Origin: Octopus sinensis
Taxonomy: Eukaryota
Direction: 5' to 3'
DNA: 64,000 nucleotides
NCBI RefSeq assembly: GCF_006345805.1
Contig: NC_043016.1
Coordinates: 15,500,001 to 15,564,000, forward strand
A program made the translations under genes and the position numbers. The notes below the pieces were generated by a model. It did no database searches. It had not been told where the DNA came from and saw nothing but the letters and a program-made list of their open reading frames with translations. Below, piece by piece: positions 10,691-22,974 of this stretch (position 1 is its first letter; each line of letters begins with the position of its first letter).

Positions 10691-11269
10691 TATAGTTTGA
10701 ATTTACAGAAAACAAAAGACACAGACAGGTGAGGGAACAACAATCAGTTGTATTAGTTTGACATCCAGAAAGAATGGAAAAGTCTTTGAAGCTTCCAGCC
10801 TATGCTCTTTGGCAGAAAGGGTTGACAGTAAAAAATAGAGAAAGAATGAAAAAATGTGCAAAGATTAATGGTCCAACATGATACACACACACACACACAT
10901 TTTACATATAGTCAGATATTATATATACTGATGTCATGTATTGTCATTCTCATTGTTTTAATGTTCATAATTCTCTGCTGGCAAAAGTCAGGTAGTATTT
11001 GTTGAAGCAGATTTTCTATGGCCAGACACTTTTCCTGTCTCCAACTCTGTTTCCAAGTAAGGTAATATTTCCCCTTAACCTGACACGCTTTCACAGAAGA
11101 TTGAAAACAAAAGACATCACTTACACAACAGCAGAACATGCTTACAACAGTTACAAACACACATGCACAGGCACACACACATATATGCATACATATGTGT
11201 GTCTGTGTGTGTAGGTTATGAGAGGGAATGGTGCAAGAAGACCCAAAGGTGTCAGGTAATGCTGAGTAA

Positions 11270-11760
11270 GTGCTACGGACAGACTATAGTTAAGCTCCAG
11301 GTTTTGGTGATTATGCAAATGAGGAGTCCAACGTAGCATGAGATAAAAATCCAAGGCTGTGAAGAATTTCAGAACATTTATAAAGAGAGGGTCTTATAGC
11401 TGTTTCCGGGATATCTTATATATCCCTTCATCGGAAACGGTGTGACAAAATGATTAAGCAATAGTTATTCTAGAGAAGATATAAAATAGATAGGGAAATG
11501 GAAGAATGAAAACAGACATGAGATATGCAGGGATATTGTATCTGTAGTTCCATTATTTAAGCAGAATGGTATACATGTTTCCTGTACCTTGTGTGTAAGT
11601 TCCAATAGTATTTAAAATTGGTCATTCCAAGCATAGAGTTTGTAAACCATGTTATTGGATCGAGAGTTTTTCAGAAAAAAAATTATTTTTTTTTAATAAA
11701 CGGTAAGAGAGACAAACATATTCTAAATATTTCTTGATAGAGGAAGGTTTAAAGTTTATT
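11270..11760 (-). mobile_element. Penelope-like 3' region (GIY-YIG remnant plus hammerhead-like motif)
   Basis: Minus strand NNMVYKLYAW; motif CCGATGA-A-GGGATAT-ATAAG-ATATCCC-G-GAAA-CAGCT at ~11397-11433. Confidence 0.55.
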
Positions 11761-12149
11761 TTAAGGTAGTATACACTCAACATGAGCACCAGTGCTTTTT
11801 CCTTTACAAATGCAACCTTTTGCTGTGAAATTTTTATGCCATTCGTACATTTGCTTGTGACGAGGTGGATTTTTATTGAATTGGCAGCAAAATCCATGTT
11901 GCATTTGCACAATCGATTCGCATTTCTCAAACTGCAGCTCACAAAAAAACTTTCTAAGGAATTACACAAATGAAAATTATACAACTTTAAATAAAATTAA
12001 CAAAATGAAACAAAATTAAAATATTATTTTATTTACGGCTTAATTCAATTGATCATGTTCAGCTGTAAACTTTAAACCTTTCCCTATCAAGAAATATGTA
12101 GAATGTGTTTGTGTCTGTTACCGTTTGTTTTAAAAACAAATCTGAAATC

Positions 12150-13460
12150 TGCTCTTTCCTTTTGAATAACCCTGAATATATAGGTCTATAATCATCTTCA
12201 CTCTTGTGGGGAGTGATAGGGGTAAACCTAACATATCTGACGCAATATCTGGTTGACTGTGTTTATTGACCAACTTAATGTCAAGACGCATGAGGATGGT
12301 GATATGCACCAGCAACACAAGTATGCATATATGGATTCGTAAATGATCCTATATTGTTTGTAATTTTCTTTTGTTTTTTTTTTTTTTTACTTTTTGATTG
12401 CATTTTATCCATTTTTCTTTTTATGTGATGGTTTCCACTCAGTTATTAGTGTGGATTCACATATCCATCGTAAAGTTGCATTGTATGGCTGTGTCAGTTT
12501 GTTTTTTATGTCAATGTTATTCAGCATGCTAGATAGTACTAGTGTGTTTTCTATTCTTAATATATTCTTTCTGTTGAGCCCCCATTCTTTCTGCTAAGCT
12601 TCAGGCAGTTCCCCCTATATATACACTGTGATCGACTTCTTGCATTTACCCTCCATACATCTTTTATTATACTGTTGATCCCAGGGTTCATTTTGACACT
12701 CAAATCCTATTTGTACATGTGGTCCTATTATAGAGGTATATTCTGCTTAACTGTGACCTAATGGATTTTCCTAGTTTTCTCTACTACCTTAATTCTAAGT
12801 TTAGCAACACTCAGCCCTTTCTTAAACATATGAAACTAATCCCTATTATACCATGTGTTTACTTTATCTGCCTACTTATTAACATTTCTATCTTATTATA
12901 AGTCTCTGAATTTTTCTGTGCCCCTCCCCCTGTATACTCTGATTCAGTTTTTTTGGTTATGCCATAAGAACTGCATGCAGTGCATTTCTCTATTTCACAG
13001 AGTTTGCTTGATGAAGACAACTAAATTTGCTATGCGTATATCTATCTTAACATTATGGAATAAGTACTGGGAGGCCTTGGATTTTGCATAATACGGACAG
13101 GGGAGCTGTAATTTCTTATCTGTTGTCTCTAGACAAAGTTCAGTATTAAGGGTGGGAAGTCTTTTATTTTGGGTGTATAGTAGGGTAGTCTTTTGTCACC
13201 TTAATATTTTGGGGGATGAAGTTAGCTATATGTTGGATCCTCTCCACGATACTCTTTTCAAGTTCATTAGTGTAACTAATTAGGGTTGCCTTAGCTATAA
13301 GGTTTACATCATCTACACATCTGTATGATACGAGCATTATAGATTTTTCTTCTGAAAATTGAAGTTTTCTGTCTCTTCAGGTCATGAAGAGGCTGGCCTT
13401 GTATTGAGGAATATTGATACCAATGGCAGCAACTTTTCCTAGCATGTACAGTTTTTATTA
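12150..13460 (-). mobile_element. Highly degenerate Penelope-like RT region
   Basis: Minus strand YRCVDDV (RT catalytic YxDD-type motif) at ~13305-13325; many stops. Confidence 0.45.
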
Positions 13461-13469
13461 AATTTGAAC

Positions 13470-14710
13470 ACATGGCTCTTCACTACTATGTCCCATGCGT
13501 TCCTGGGTCTCCATTTTCCACAAGTTTCATACACATTACATGACCATACGAACACAGACAATCTCTCTTGCAGACTACATCCAATTCCTTTTGTGCCCAA
13601 TTTTTCTCTCACATTTGCATTTTGTCATGCCCTGTGATGTTGCACATCCCACACAGCATACTAACTTCTTTTCTTTCTAATCTTCGCATGTCTTCTGCAT
13701 TCATTGCACACATCTCCACTCTCTGAATCACTGATGTTCATACATAAGCATCATACAATCAGTCTTTTACTCCGAAAGACCTTTTGTTACCAACAGAGAA
13801 GCAATAGCTTTCTGAATTTTCTCCACCTGGTGCTTATTCATGCAACTATACTTTCCGATCATCCTTTCCAGCATTTGACAAAATCTATTTCCAGTGTGTT
13901 CTTAGTGTTTATTGCTCCTGTACATCTACTAAAAACAAAGTTTGCTTTTTCTGTGATTCTACTGCCCTTCTTGCATCTCAATAGCTTGCAATGAGTACAT
14001 CATATGGAAAGTTTACCAAACCTATATATGAAGTAGGGTTAGTTTCCTGAAGAAAATAAAGTCATGTCTGTTTTCTGCTAACTAGAATTTTGGTCTTTGC
14101 CTAGTTAAAGTCCAATGATTCCAGGTTTTGCTTTCATACCTGGATTTTTTTTTTTCAGTTCTGTTATTAATTCTATTACACATTTTGTTGTAAGAACATT
14201 GTCATCATCATATGGTAATTCTCAAAGGTCACTGGTCTTAAACTCCTCTGTTATGGTCTGGTAAATGATGATGAATAGGAAGGGACTGAGAAGTGATCAC
14301 TAATGAACTCCTTATCTCTATACTAAATTCATTGAAGGTAAGAGACAGTATACAAGGCATTCATCTCATCCAAGTTTCCTCAGAGACCCCATCATCACAG
14401 ATCAAGTGACCCTGTTGAAAACTTTCTCCAGGTTAACAATTACCAACTACAGTGGTTTATTTTTGGCAAAATACATTTGCACTTTCCTTACTAGAAAGAG
14501 GCAACATTAGTAGTACATCTCTCTGGCACCAAACCAAACTGCATTGCATTTCATCTTTCCAAATTCTCATCTCAAATAATTGGGCTATAACTTTTTCGCT
14601 AACTTTCATGATCTGGTCCAGCAATTTGATACTTCTGTGATTCTATTTAAGGCATCCCCTTTTGCCCTTGTAACAATTGACTAAAATGCTGCTACAGTTG
14701 TTGGATGTAA
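13470..14710 (-). mobile_element. Degenerate RTE LINE RT fragment
   Basis: Homologous by eye to the RTE copy at 58830-59900 (e.g. ATCCCCTTTTGCCCTTGTAACAATTGACTA vs ATCACCCTTACTCTTGTAGCAGTTGACTA). Confidence 0.7.
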
Positions 14711-14746
14711 AACCTTTCTTCTAATGTGTATGTAATGATACAGATG

Positions 14747-15138
14747 CAGGCGTGGCCGTGTGGTTAAGAAGCTTCTTTCCTAACTGTGTGGTCTCATGTT
14801 CAGTTTCATTCCATTGCGCCTTGGGCAAATGTCTTCTAGTGTAGCCGTGGGCCAACAAAAATCCTGTGAGTGAATATGGTAGACAGAAACTGGAAGAAGC
14901 CTGTCGTGTGTGTGTGTGTGCCTTTGCTTTGAAGTCACATGATCGTTGCAAATCATCATCATCATCATCATAGAAGCAATGTTGTTGTTTCTAGTATTCT
15001 TCATTAAACATGTTTGACCTATAAACAGGTGAGGGTTGCAACAGGAAGGCCAGCCAAGCGTAGAAAATCTGGTTCGACAAAATTCCATCTGATCCATGCA
15101 AACATGAGAACAGTAGAGGTTAAATGATGATGGTGATG

Positions 15139-15140
<2 letters not shown>
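14747..15140 (+). mobile_element. tRNA-derived SINE with a family-A head and an RTE-type (GAT)n tail
   Basis: A/B-box head as in family A, (TG)n, then GGAAGGCCAGCCAAGCGTAGAAAATCTG...CCATGCAAACATG...TTAAATGATGATG; related copies at 10940-11160 and 38180-38590 (-). Confidence 0.7.
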
Positions 15141-15174
<34 letters not shown>

Positions 15175-15178
<4 letters not shown>

Positions 15179-15311
15179 TGTCCCAAAAGTTCGTAGAAAG
15201 TCTTGGAAAATAATGGTCTTTATTTTGAGGAATAATTTTTGTTGTTTTTGTTAGTACTTGGTGAGTAAAAATTCAATTTTCGCAAGTGTTTACGAACTTT
15301 TGGGACAACCT
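15175..15311. mobile_element. Tc1/mariner-type MITE in a (TA)n tract
   Basis: TIRs AGGTTGTCCCAAAAGTTCGTA / TACGAACTTTTGGGACAACCT, flanked by TA. Confidence 0.8.
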
Positions 15312-15529
15312 AATATATATATATATATATATAACAATTGCAGCATGGAAGGTGTTTGTAAGCCATTTAAGAAACACACAAAAGCCGTTCGATTCACTTC
15401 AACATTTAAGCTTAATTTGTCAAAATATTTTCGGTGCTTTAAGACCGCGACCTGTTCACTGACGCTGTAATTGTTTTCGTTTCAGCACACGATCTCAGAT
15501 CAAATCACTTGGTATGGAAGTACATCTCC

Positions 15530-15546
15530 ATAATATATATATATAT

Positions 15547-15594
<48 letters not shown>

Positions 15595-15753
15595 TTATAT
15601 ATATATTATATATATAGATATATATATATGGATATATATATATAGATATATATATATATATATATATATATAGATATATATATATGGATATATATATATA
15701 TATATATATATGGATATATATATATATTATATATATATAGAATATATATATGG

Positions 15754-15803
<50 letters not shown>

Positions 15804-15804
15804 T

Positions 15805-15837
<33 letters not shown>

Positions 15838-16131
15838 TATATATATATATATATATATATATAGATATATATATATATAGATATATTATATATATATATA
15901 TATAGATATATATATATATATAGATATATATATATATATATATATATATAGATATATATATAGATATATATATATATAATAGATATATATATATATATAT
16001 ATAGATATATATATATGGATATATATAATATATTATATATATATTATATATATATAATATAGATATATATATATATATATATATATGGATATATATATAT
16101 GGATATATATAATATATATATATATATATAT

Positions 16132-16208
<77 letters not shown>

Positions 16209-16285
16209 GATATATATATATGGATATATATATATGGATATATAGATATATATATATAGATATATATATATGGATATATATATAT

Positions 16286-16324
<39 letters not shown>

Positions 16325-16500
16325 TATATATATATGGATATATATATATGGATATATAGATATGGATATATAGAGATATATATATGGATATATATATATG
16401 GATATATAGATATATATGGATATAGATATATATATGAATATATATATAGAGATATATATATGGATATATATAGATATGTATATGTGTGTGTGTGTATGTA
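15530..16500. repeat. ~1-kb degenerate (TA)n/(TAGA)/(TGGA) microsatellite
   Basis: Direct reading; generates the 339-aa IY-repeat pseudo-ORF. Confidence 0.97.
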
Positions 16501-16680
16501 TGTGGCACGTAAAAAACACCCACTACACTCATGGAGTGGTTGGCGTTAGGAAGGGCATCCAGCTGTAGAAACACTGCCAGATCAGACTGGGCCTGGTGCA
16601 GCCTTCTGGCTTCACAGACCCCAGTTGAACCGTCCAACCCATGCTAGCATGGAAAGCGGACGCTAAATGATGATGATGAT
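16500..16680 (+). mobile_element. RTE-type 3' end fragment
   Basis: Conserved tail ending (GAT)n. Confidence 0.85.
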
Positions 16681-17394
16681 ATATACACACACAGACAGAC
16701 AGAGAGATGCAGATGCAATTATGTTGTTAAGGGCTTGCCTCCCAACATCCAGCCTTAAAAAATCTCCATCAGTGAGCTTCGTCTACATATGCTTGGTTGG
16801 AAAAATAGATATTAAAATTATGCTGATGATATATCTATGTCTGTATATATAATAATAAAATATGTGTGTGTATATATATGTATGTATCCATGTGTGTTTG
16901 TGTGTAGTATATCTTCTGTGTTCAAACAGATGTATGTCTGCTACTGTTAAGTTTAGTGCTCCACATAGATTAATTTCATCCCATCTGCATCCGGAATAGG
17001 GCTTTAGCTACTACTGTACTTAGTAATGTTATTACTAGTTATGATATACAGAGTATGTGTGAGAGAAAATTAGTTTATCACACACACACACATATATATA
17101 TATTTGGTTTGCAAGATTCTTATGTATATATATATATATATATATGTTTGGTCTGCAAGATTCTTTATGTGAGTTCGTGTGTTAAAGCATATTTTGTTGT
17201 GTCTGGGGAGTCATTCTCTTTTAGTGCCTTATTATTTAATAAACTCATTGGTAAAGTTTCCACTCATTTACTTGTTTATATTTCCTAAAATGTTCGTTGT
17301 GTCTTGCAACCTCTTCAATAGTCGTTGACTCTGTCCGTTATCCGAGCTGCATTCTTTTTGTTTGTTTGTGCACATACACGTATGTATGTATGCA

Positions 17395-18575
17395 TGTGAC
17401 AAAAAAACAGTCCTCCATACTCTAACAATATGACAAGAACCACATAGTAAACTTTTAACAGGAAACTATACATGTAGGTTCAAGGTGCTGCCATTGGTGT
17501 CAGTGTAGCTGGAGATGTGGCCGGTCTGTTCATGACCTGGTCGGACAGAAAACTTTAATAATCCTTAGCAGAACAGTCCACAACTCCTTTACTTTACTGT
17601 AGATATGTAGACGACATTAATATTCTAATTAAGACCAACTCTAGTAACAGTAACGTAGACACCGAGGGGAATATACTGAACTTTGGTTAGAGACTGTGAA
17701 CAACAGAGAGCAGCTCCTCCACTCCTATTACATGAAACACAAAGCTTCGAAATATGTTGTTCACAAGAACTCAGCTTTGTCACACAACGTGAAAATTAAC
17801 ATACTGATAGTGGACTTAGTTGGGATAATGAATAACGTATCCCCACTATGCACATCCTTTGAACTGAAGAAACATGTACAGAACTTCATGCACCGCATGC
17901 AATTCTCTGGATATGATCAGAAAGATAGGATTTGGGTATACAGGGGGGGGGGCTAGAAATAAGTTAGATAACATTATATGTAATGAAATCAGTGGTACCT
18001 GCCCTAAATGTAGAAGTAAAGGCTGGAATAGAATACAGAGAGTTTGTGACAAAGCAAACAGGGTGAACATGTGGTACAAGACCAACAAATACCAAGGAGT
18101 GATGTTTTGTAGAGGCCACAGCCCATGGAGAACTAGCTGATAGATTTAGGAAAGCTCTGAAGGAGGCCAAACTCAGCATTAAGATCATTAAAAAGCCAAG
18201 GAGCCCCATCAGATCACAACTATGTAGGACGTATGCCTTTGAGAACACCATATGCACCAATGATAACTGCATGGTATGTAGTCTACAGCATAAGGTGCAT
18301 AGAGGGTGCTTGTAAAGACAAGAACATGACATACATTGCTGAGACATCTAGGAGAATTGCGGAAAGACTAAATGAACATCTGAGACAATATGACTCCAAA
18401 ACACAGTCCTCCATACTTTTCCAACCTGCCAAAGGCCAACATGGAGGCAACCTGGGTCAACTTGACATCCACATTTTACCCAAGCACCCAATGGACCCAA
18501 CACTCAGACAAATACAGGAGTACATCCTCATAAATGAAACATCTCCAGTACTAAATAGGAAGTATATGTAGAAGG
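17395..18575 (+). mobile_element. Penelope-like element RT + GIY-YIG, frameshifted
   Basis: QGAAIGVSVAGDVA; CRYVDDINIL (RT); VVYSIRCIEGACKDKNMTYIAETSRRIAERLNEH (GIY-YIG) in ORF 18233-18571. Confidence 0.85.
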
Positions 18576-18594
18576 TAGTTGTATATTATTTTGA

Positions 18595-19120
18595 TGTTAG
18601 TGGGGTGCAAAGAGCACCATACAAGTGTGGTCGTTGACAGAGCAGCTAACCGTCTTCCATGCCAGTAGCACATAAAAGGCACCATTCGAGTGTGATCATT
18701 ACCAGCATTGCCTTACTGGCACTTGTGCCCCGTGCTAGTAGGGTGCTAAGAGCACCATCTGAGCATGATTGTTGCCAGAGCTGCTAACTGGCCTCCATGC
18801 CCGGTGGCACGTAAAAGGCACCATTCGAGCGTGGTCGTTACCAGCATTGCCTTACTGGCACTTGTGCCGGTGGCATGTGTAAAAAGATTCAAGTGAAGTC
18901 GTTGCCAGTACCGCCTGACTGGCCCCCATGCCAGTGGCACGTAAAAGCACCCACTACACTCTCGGAGTGGTTGACGTTAGGAAGGGCATCCAGCTGTAGA
19001 AACTCTGCCAGATCAAGACTGGAGCCTGGTGCAGCCATCTGGTTCGCCAGCCCTCAGTCAAATCATCCAACTCATGCTAGCATGGAAAATGGACGTTAAA
19101 CGATGATGATGATGATGATA
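18595..19120 (+). mobile_element. RTE-type 3' UTR with ~60-bp tandem GGCAC/GTGCC units and (GAT)n tail
   Basis: Repeated TGGCACTTGTGCC...GGTGGCACGTAAAAGGCACCATTCGAGCGTGG units followed by the common tail. Confidence 0.85.
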
Positions 19121-19124
19121 TTCA

Positions 19125-19330
19125 TATATTCGCCATGATAGAGCGCTAGCCACTACACATTCTTTAATTTCTCTCCTTGTTTCTTTCTGTGTTCCTTTCT
19201 GAGGAAGAGTGTAGACTTGAAACGTTAAAGACTTTTTCACTTCTTGAGTGTTAAACTAATACATCTGTTTGTTGTCTACACCACCTGTCTTCGAATTTTG
19301 TTTGTTTTTTTGTGAATTCTCCCCCTAATA
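19125..19330 (+). mobile_element. ~200-bp Penelope-pLTR/retrozyme-like insert carrying a minimal hammerhead
   Basis: Homologous to 54150-54343 (+) and 10690-10890 (-); sits in TA-rich repeat; contains CTGAGGA...GAAACGT. Confidence 0.7.
19195..19230 (+). ncRNA. Minimal type I hammerhead ribozyme motif
   Basis: CTTT-CTGAGGA-A-GAG(TGTAGA)CTT-GAAA-CGT-T-AAAG: stem I CTTT/AAAG, intact CUGANGA and GAAA, palindromic minimal stem III. Confidence 0.65.
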
Positions 19331-20802
19331 TATGTATATATACAGGTAGAATAATTAGTGGACTGTTACATAGATGTATGTATGTGTGTATATGTATACG
19401 TACATGTGTATGTAGGTAAATGAATATGTATGTAAACAGATAGACATACAGATAGATAGGTACATAGGTAATATGAACAGACACACACACACATACATAC
19501 ACAAATGAAGACTGAAACACATGACAGTATACACACACACTTCACTTCACACAAGGACAGATGCAGTACATATTCACAAAAACCCATACACAGACATGCA
19601 CACACACACATGCAAACACATGAACATGCAGAATACATACATACAAATGTACACACATACATACATATATATATATATGCATACACTCACATGTACACAT
19701 GCACAAAAACAAACAAAAAGAGCGCAGATCGGATAACGGACAGTTTTAGGTTCAGACCCATTGTGTGGCACCAGACTGACCAAAGCCTTGGGAGCAGATT
19801 TGGGAGACAGAAACAAGCCTGTCCTATACGTGTGTGTGTGTGTGTGTTTGTCCTCTATCACTGCTTGACAACCAGTGTTGATATGTTTATGCCCCCCCCC
19901 CCTAACTTAGCAGTTCAGCAAAAGAGACTGATAGAATAAGTACTTGGCTTAAATAATAAGTCCTGGGGTTGGTTTGTTCGATTAAAACCCCTTCAAAGCC
20001 AGAATTAAAAAAGTATAGGGTTGATTCATTCAACTAACAATTCTTAAAAGTGGTGCACCAGTATGGCCACAGTCTAATGACTGAAACAAGTAAAATAAAA
20101 TATGCCTTCCATGTTCTCAGCTCACTTCTCTACATTATATTCTTTAAGTCTATCAAACAGGAATTTGAAACTGAATACTTCTGGGAACTTCTGTATGTCC
20201 TTGACCTTGTAATTATTACAGAATATATTCAAAATTAAGATTAATATGTAAACTTAACAGCTGCTAATCTATAGCTATGGTAATCTTATTAGTGTCTAGC
20301 CAAATTGTATATTATTTTGATGTTACCATAATAACAAATATAAAAGGTTAAAATATTCTTTTGTTAACTTTGTTCACAATAATCAGCAGATTTAGCAAGT
20401 GGGACCTTGTCTGTGGGCTTACTTTTCACATGTTTGGTTCTCTATTAAACTTTAACATTTAAAACAAGGATATGTGGTATTACAGAAGTAGAGAAACTAA
20501 TTTGACAGATTCCTTAATTATTTCCTGAATTGTTCATGTTAAAGGTCAAAGTTCAGTTATGCCAGACAAGTGTCAACAAATTTCTCAAATTAATTTCTCT
20601 CATAAAATACTGGTGAATGTTTCTTAGAGAATTATAAAATAAAACCCAAAGTATCTACAATGAACCCAATACATCATTCAACTATTTGATAGTCATTGAA
20701 AGTACATGATTTATAACAGCTTGTTCAGGGTATGCAAGTGTGTCATATTGATAACTAAAAAATTATTATAAGCAAAATGGTTTTTAGCTGTCTGTAATGT
20801 AA

Positions 20803-21010
20803 CCCTTTTGTTACCATATTGTTGTTGAGATGCTTTGTGTTTCTTTCAATTACTTTAAATATAACAAAGAATTTAGTTATCATTCAGCTAGTGTTAGGAA
20901 CATAAATTGTGACTAAGGTTTGGTGGAAGATTTTAATTCAAAACTTATGAAAACAAGACGTTTGTACTACAGAGCCAGATCCGGTTTCATCCGGGTTGGT
21001 ATAAAAAGGG
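20803..21010. mobile_element. piggyBac-like MITE
   Basis: CCCTTTTGTTACC...GGTATAAAAAGGG followed by TTAA; a second copy lies inverted at 43505-43716. Confidence 0.75.
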
Positions 21011-21389
21011 TTAATCATTGTACAGAAAGTAAAACATTGGTGGATGGCATGTGAGAAACATGTGCAAGAGAGCTGTAAGTAAACTTTTGAGCAGCAGTAC
21101 TTATTCTCCATGGTTCTGAGACTATAATGCAGAGTTTAGGACTAAGAAACTTTTAGGTACTGATAAATTGGTTGTCAATACTAAATCAGTGGTAATCATC
21201 ATCATCATCATTTACCATCTGTTTTTCCATGCTGGCATGGGTTGGACAGTTTGACAGGAGCTGGCAAGGCTGGAGAGCTGTACCAGACTCCAATGTCTGT
21301 TTTGGCAGACTTTTTACAGTTTGGTGCCCTTAATAACACCAACCCCTTTATAGTGTGGACTGGGTGCTTTTTAAGTAATACCAACACTG

Positions 21390-21720
21390 TAAGGATGTAC
21401 TTGGGCTTCCTCCTTCATTTCAAACTAAGCAAGACCAATTACTTTTGTTCCATCCTCCACGCATCCTTTCCAGGTCTTCTTGTGTCATCCAACTTTCCTC
21501 TTTCCTTCAGACTGGCAGTCTAACACTCGTCTTGCAATGCTGCTTGGAGGTCTCCTTAGAGTGTGACTGATCCAATCCCATTTCCTTTTCAGAATTTTTT
21601 GTTTGATGGGAGTTTGGTTTGTTTTATCCCAAAGACTTCTGTTTGAAATTTTGTTCAACCACCAGAACTTGAGAATGCAGTGCTGACATTTGTTGATGAA
21701 GGTCTGTAGCAACCCCAGCT
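21390..21720 (-). mobile_element. RTE-like LINE RT C-terminal fragment
   Basis: ORF 21485-21712: LQTFINKCQHCILKFWWLNKISNRSLW...RKWDWISHTLRRP. Confidence 0.8.
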
Positions 21721-21869
21721 GCTAGCCATTCATGGATTTCCAGCAATCCTTCTTAAGTCATGCAAACAAGCCCTTGCAAAACTATTGCAGCTTTTTTTTT
21801 TTTCAGAAGTTTTTGCAAACTGAAGGTGGGGATAATATGCCTTATTCATAAAGAGGGAAGCAGGGCAGA

Positions 21870-22960
21870 TGTTAAAACTATAGTCTCTCTGACTGCACCC
21901 ATCAGCAACATTATAGAATGAATAGTCTGCTAGAAATGAATTGCATTCCTTGAAGAGAATGACTTGCTGACTGGCACCCAGCATGGTTTCCACTCAGATA
22001 AAAGCTGCCTGATGCAGCCCTTGCAGCATTATGACTGGGTGTTAAAGCAGCTGCCCGACAACTCTAATGTGGATGTGATATATCTTGACTTTGCAAAAGC
22101 CTTTGATAAAGTCGACCATGGTATGATATGTCACAAGCTGTGTGATCTCAACTACATAGAAAACTTGGAGTATGGCTGCATGACTTCCTAAATGATATAA
22201 GTTAGATAGTGGTGGTCAGTGGGGCTACCTCCAAGGAAAGGCAAATAATGAGTGGTGCTCTACAGGGCACTGTCTTGGAGCTACTACTATTCATATTGAC
22301 CCTTTCAGACATGCCGTCAGCTGCTCAGATAGCCACACTTGCTAGCCATGCAGATAATACAAAAGTCTCTCAGAGGATACTGAACCTTGAAGATATTGCA
22401 CATCTGAAACAAGAGTTGGACGTAGGTGGGCTGAGGAAAATAACATGCAGTTTAATGCAGAAAAATTCCAAGCCCTGCACTACCAGCACACAAAGCTGAA
22501 TGAAAAGCTGATAGGATGCACTGGTGCAGGAGGGATTACAATCCCTGAATCAAAATCAGAGTATGTCCTGGGCATCGACATGAGTAATGATGCATCTTTC
22601 CAGGTGCACATTACTAAATTTGCAATAAAATGCAGACGCCGGGCCAGATGGATCCTTCAAACTTTTAAAATAAGAGAAAAGGAAACTTTATGCTCCTCAT
22701 GATGGAGGGCTTTCGTTTTCAGCCATCTGGATTACAACTCCCAGTTGTGGTCACCAAACAGTGTAAAATTAACAATGGCACTCAAGGTTATCCAGTGAAA
22801 CTACATAAAGATCAATACAATGCAATGCAACATATCGACTACTGGGAGAGACTAAAAGACTTAAGACCTTACTCCCTGGAGTGAAAGCAGGAAACGTGCA
22901 GTAATATACATCTGGAAAATCCCAGAAAAACTTGTGCCAGACTTTGGCATTGTCAGATTC
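21870..22960 (+). mobile_element. CR1/L2-clade LINE RT fragment, frameshifted
   Basis: QHGFHSDKSCL; DVIYLDFAKAFDKVDH; SGALQGTVLELLLFI; HADNTK; MQFNAEKFQAL. Confidence 0.9.
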
Positions 22961-22974
22961 ATAAACAGATTGAT

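Noticed and set aside
15500-16637. Long IY/HT/MYVC-repeat ORFs (also near 3150-3810, 28968-29456, 30526-31010, 50415-50972, 54288-54684)
   Set aside because: Translations of stop-free (TA)n/(TG)n/(TATG)n microsatellites.
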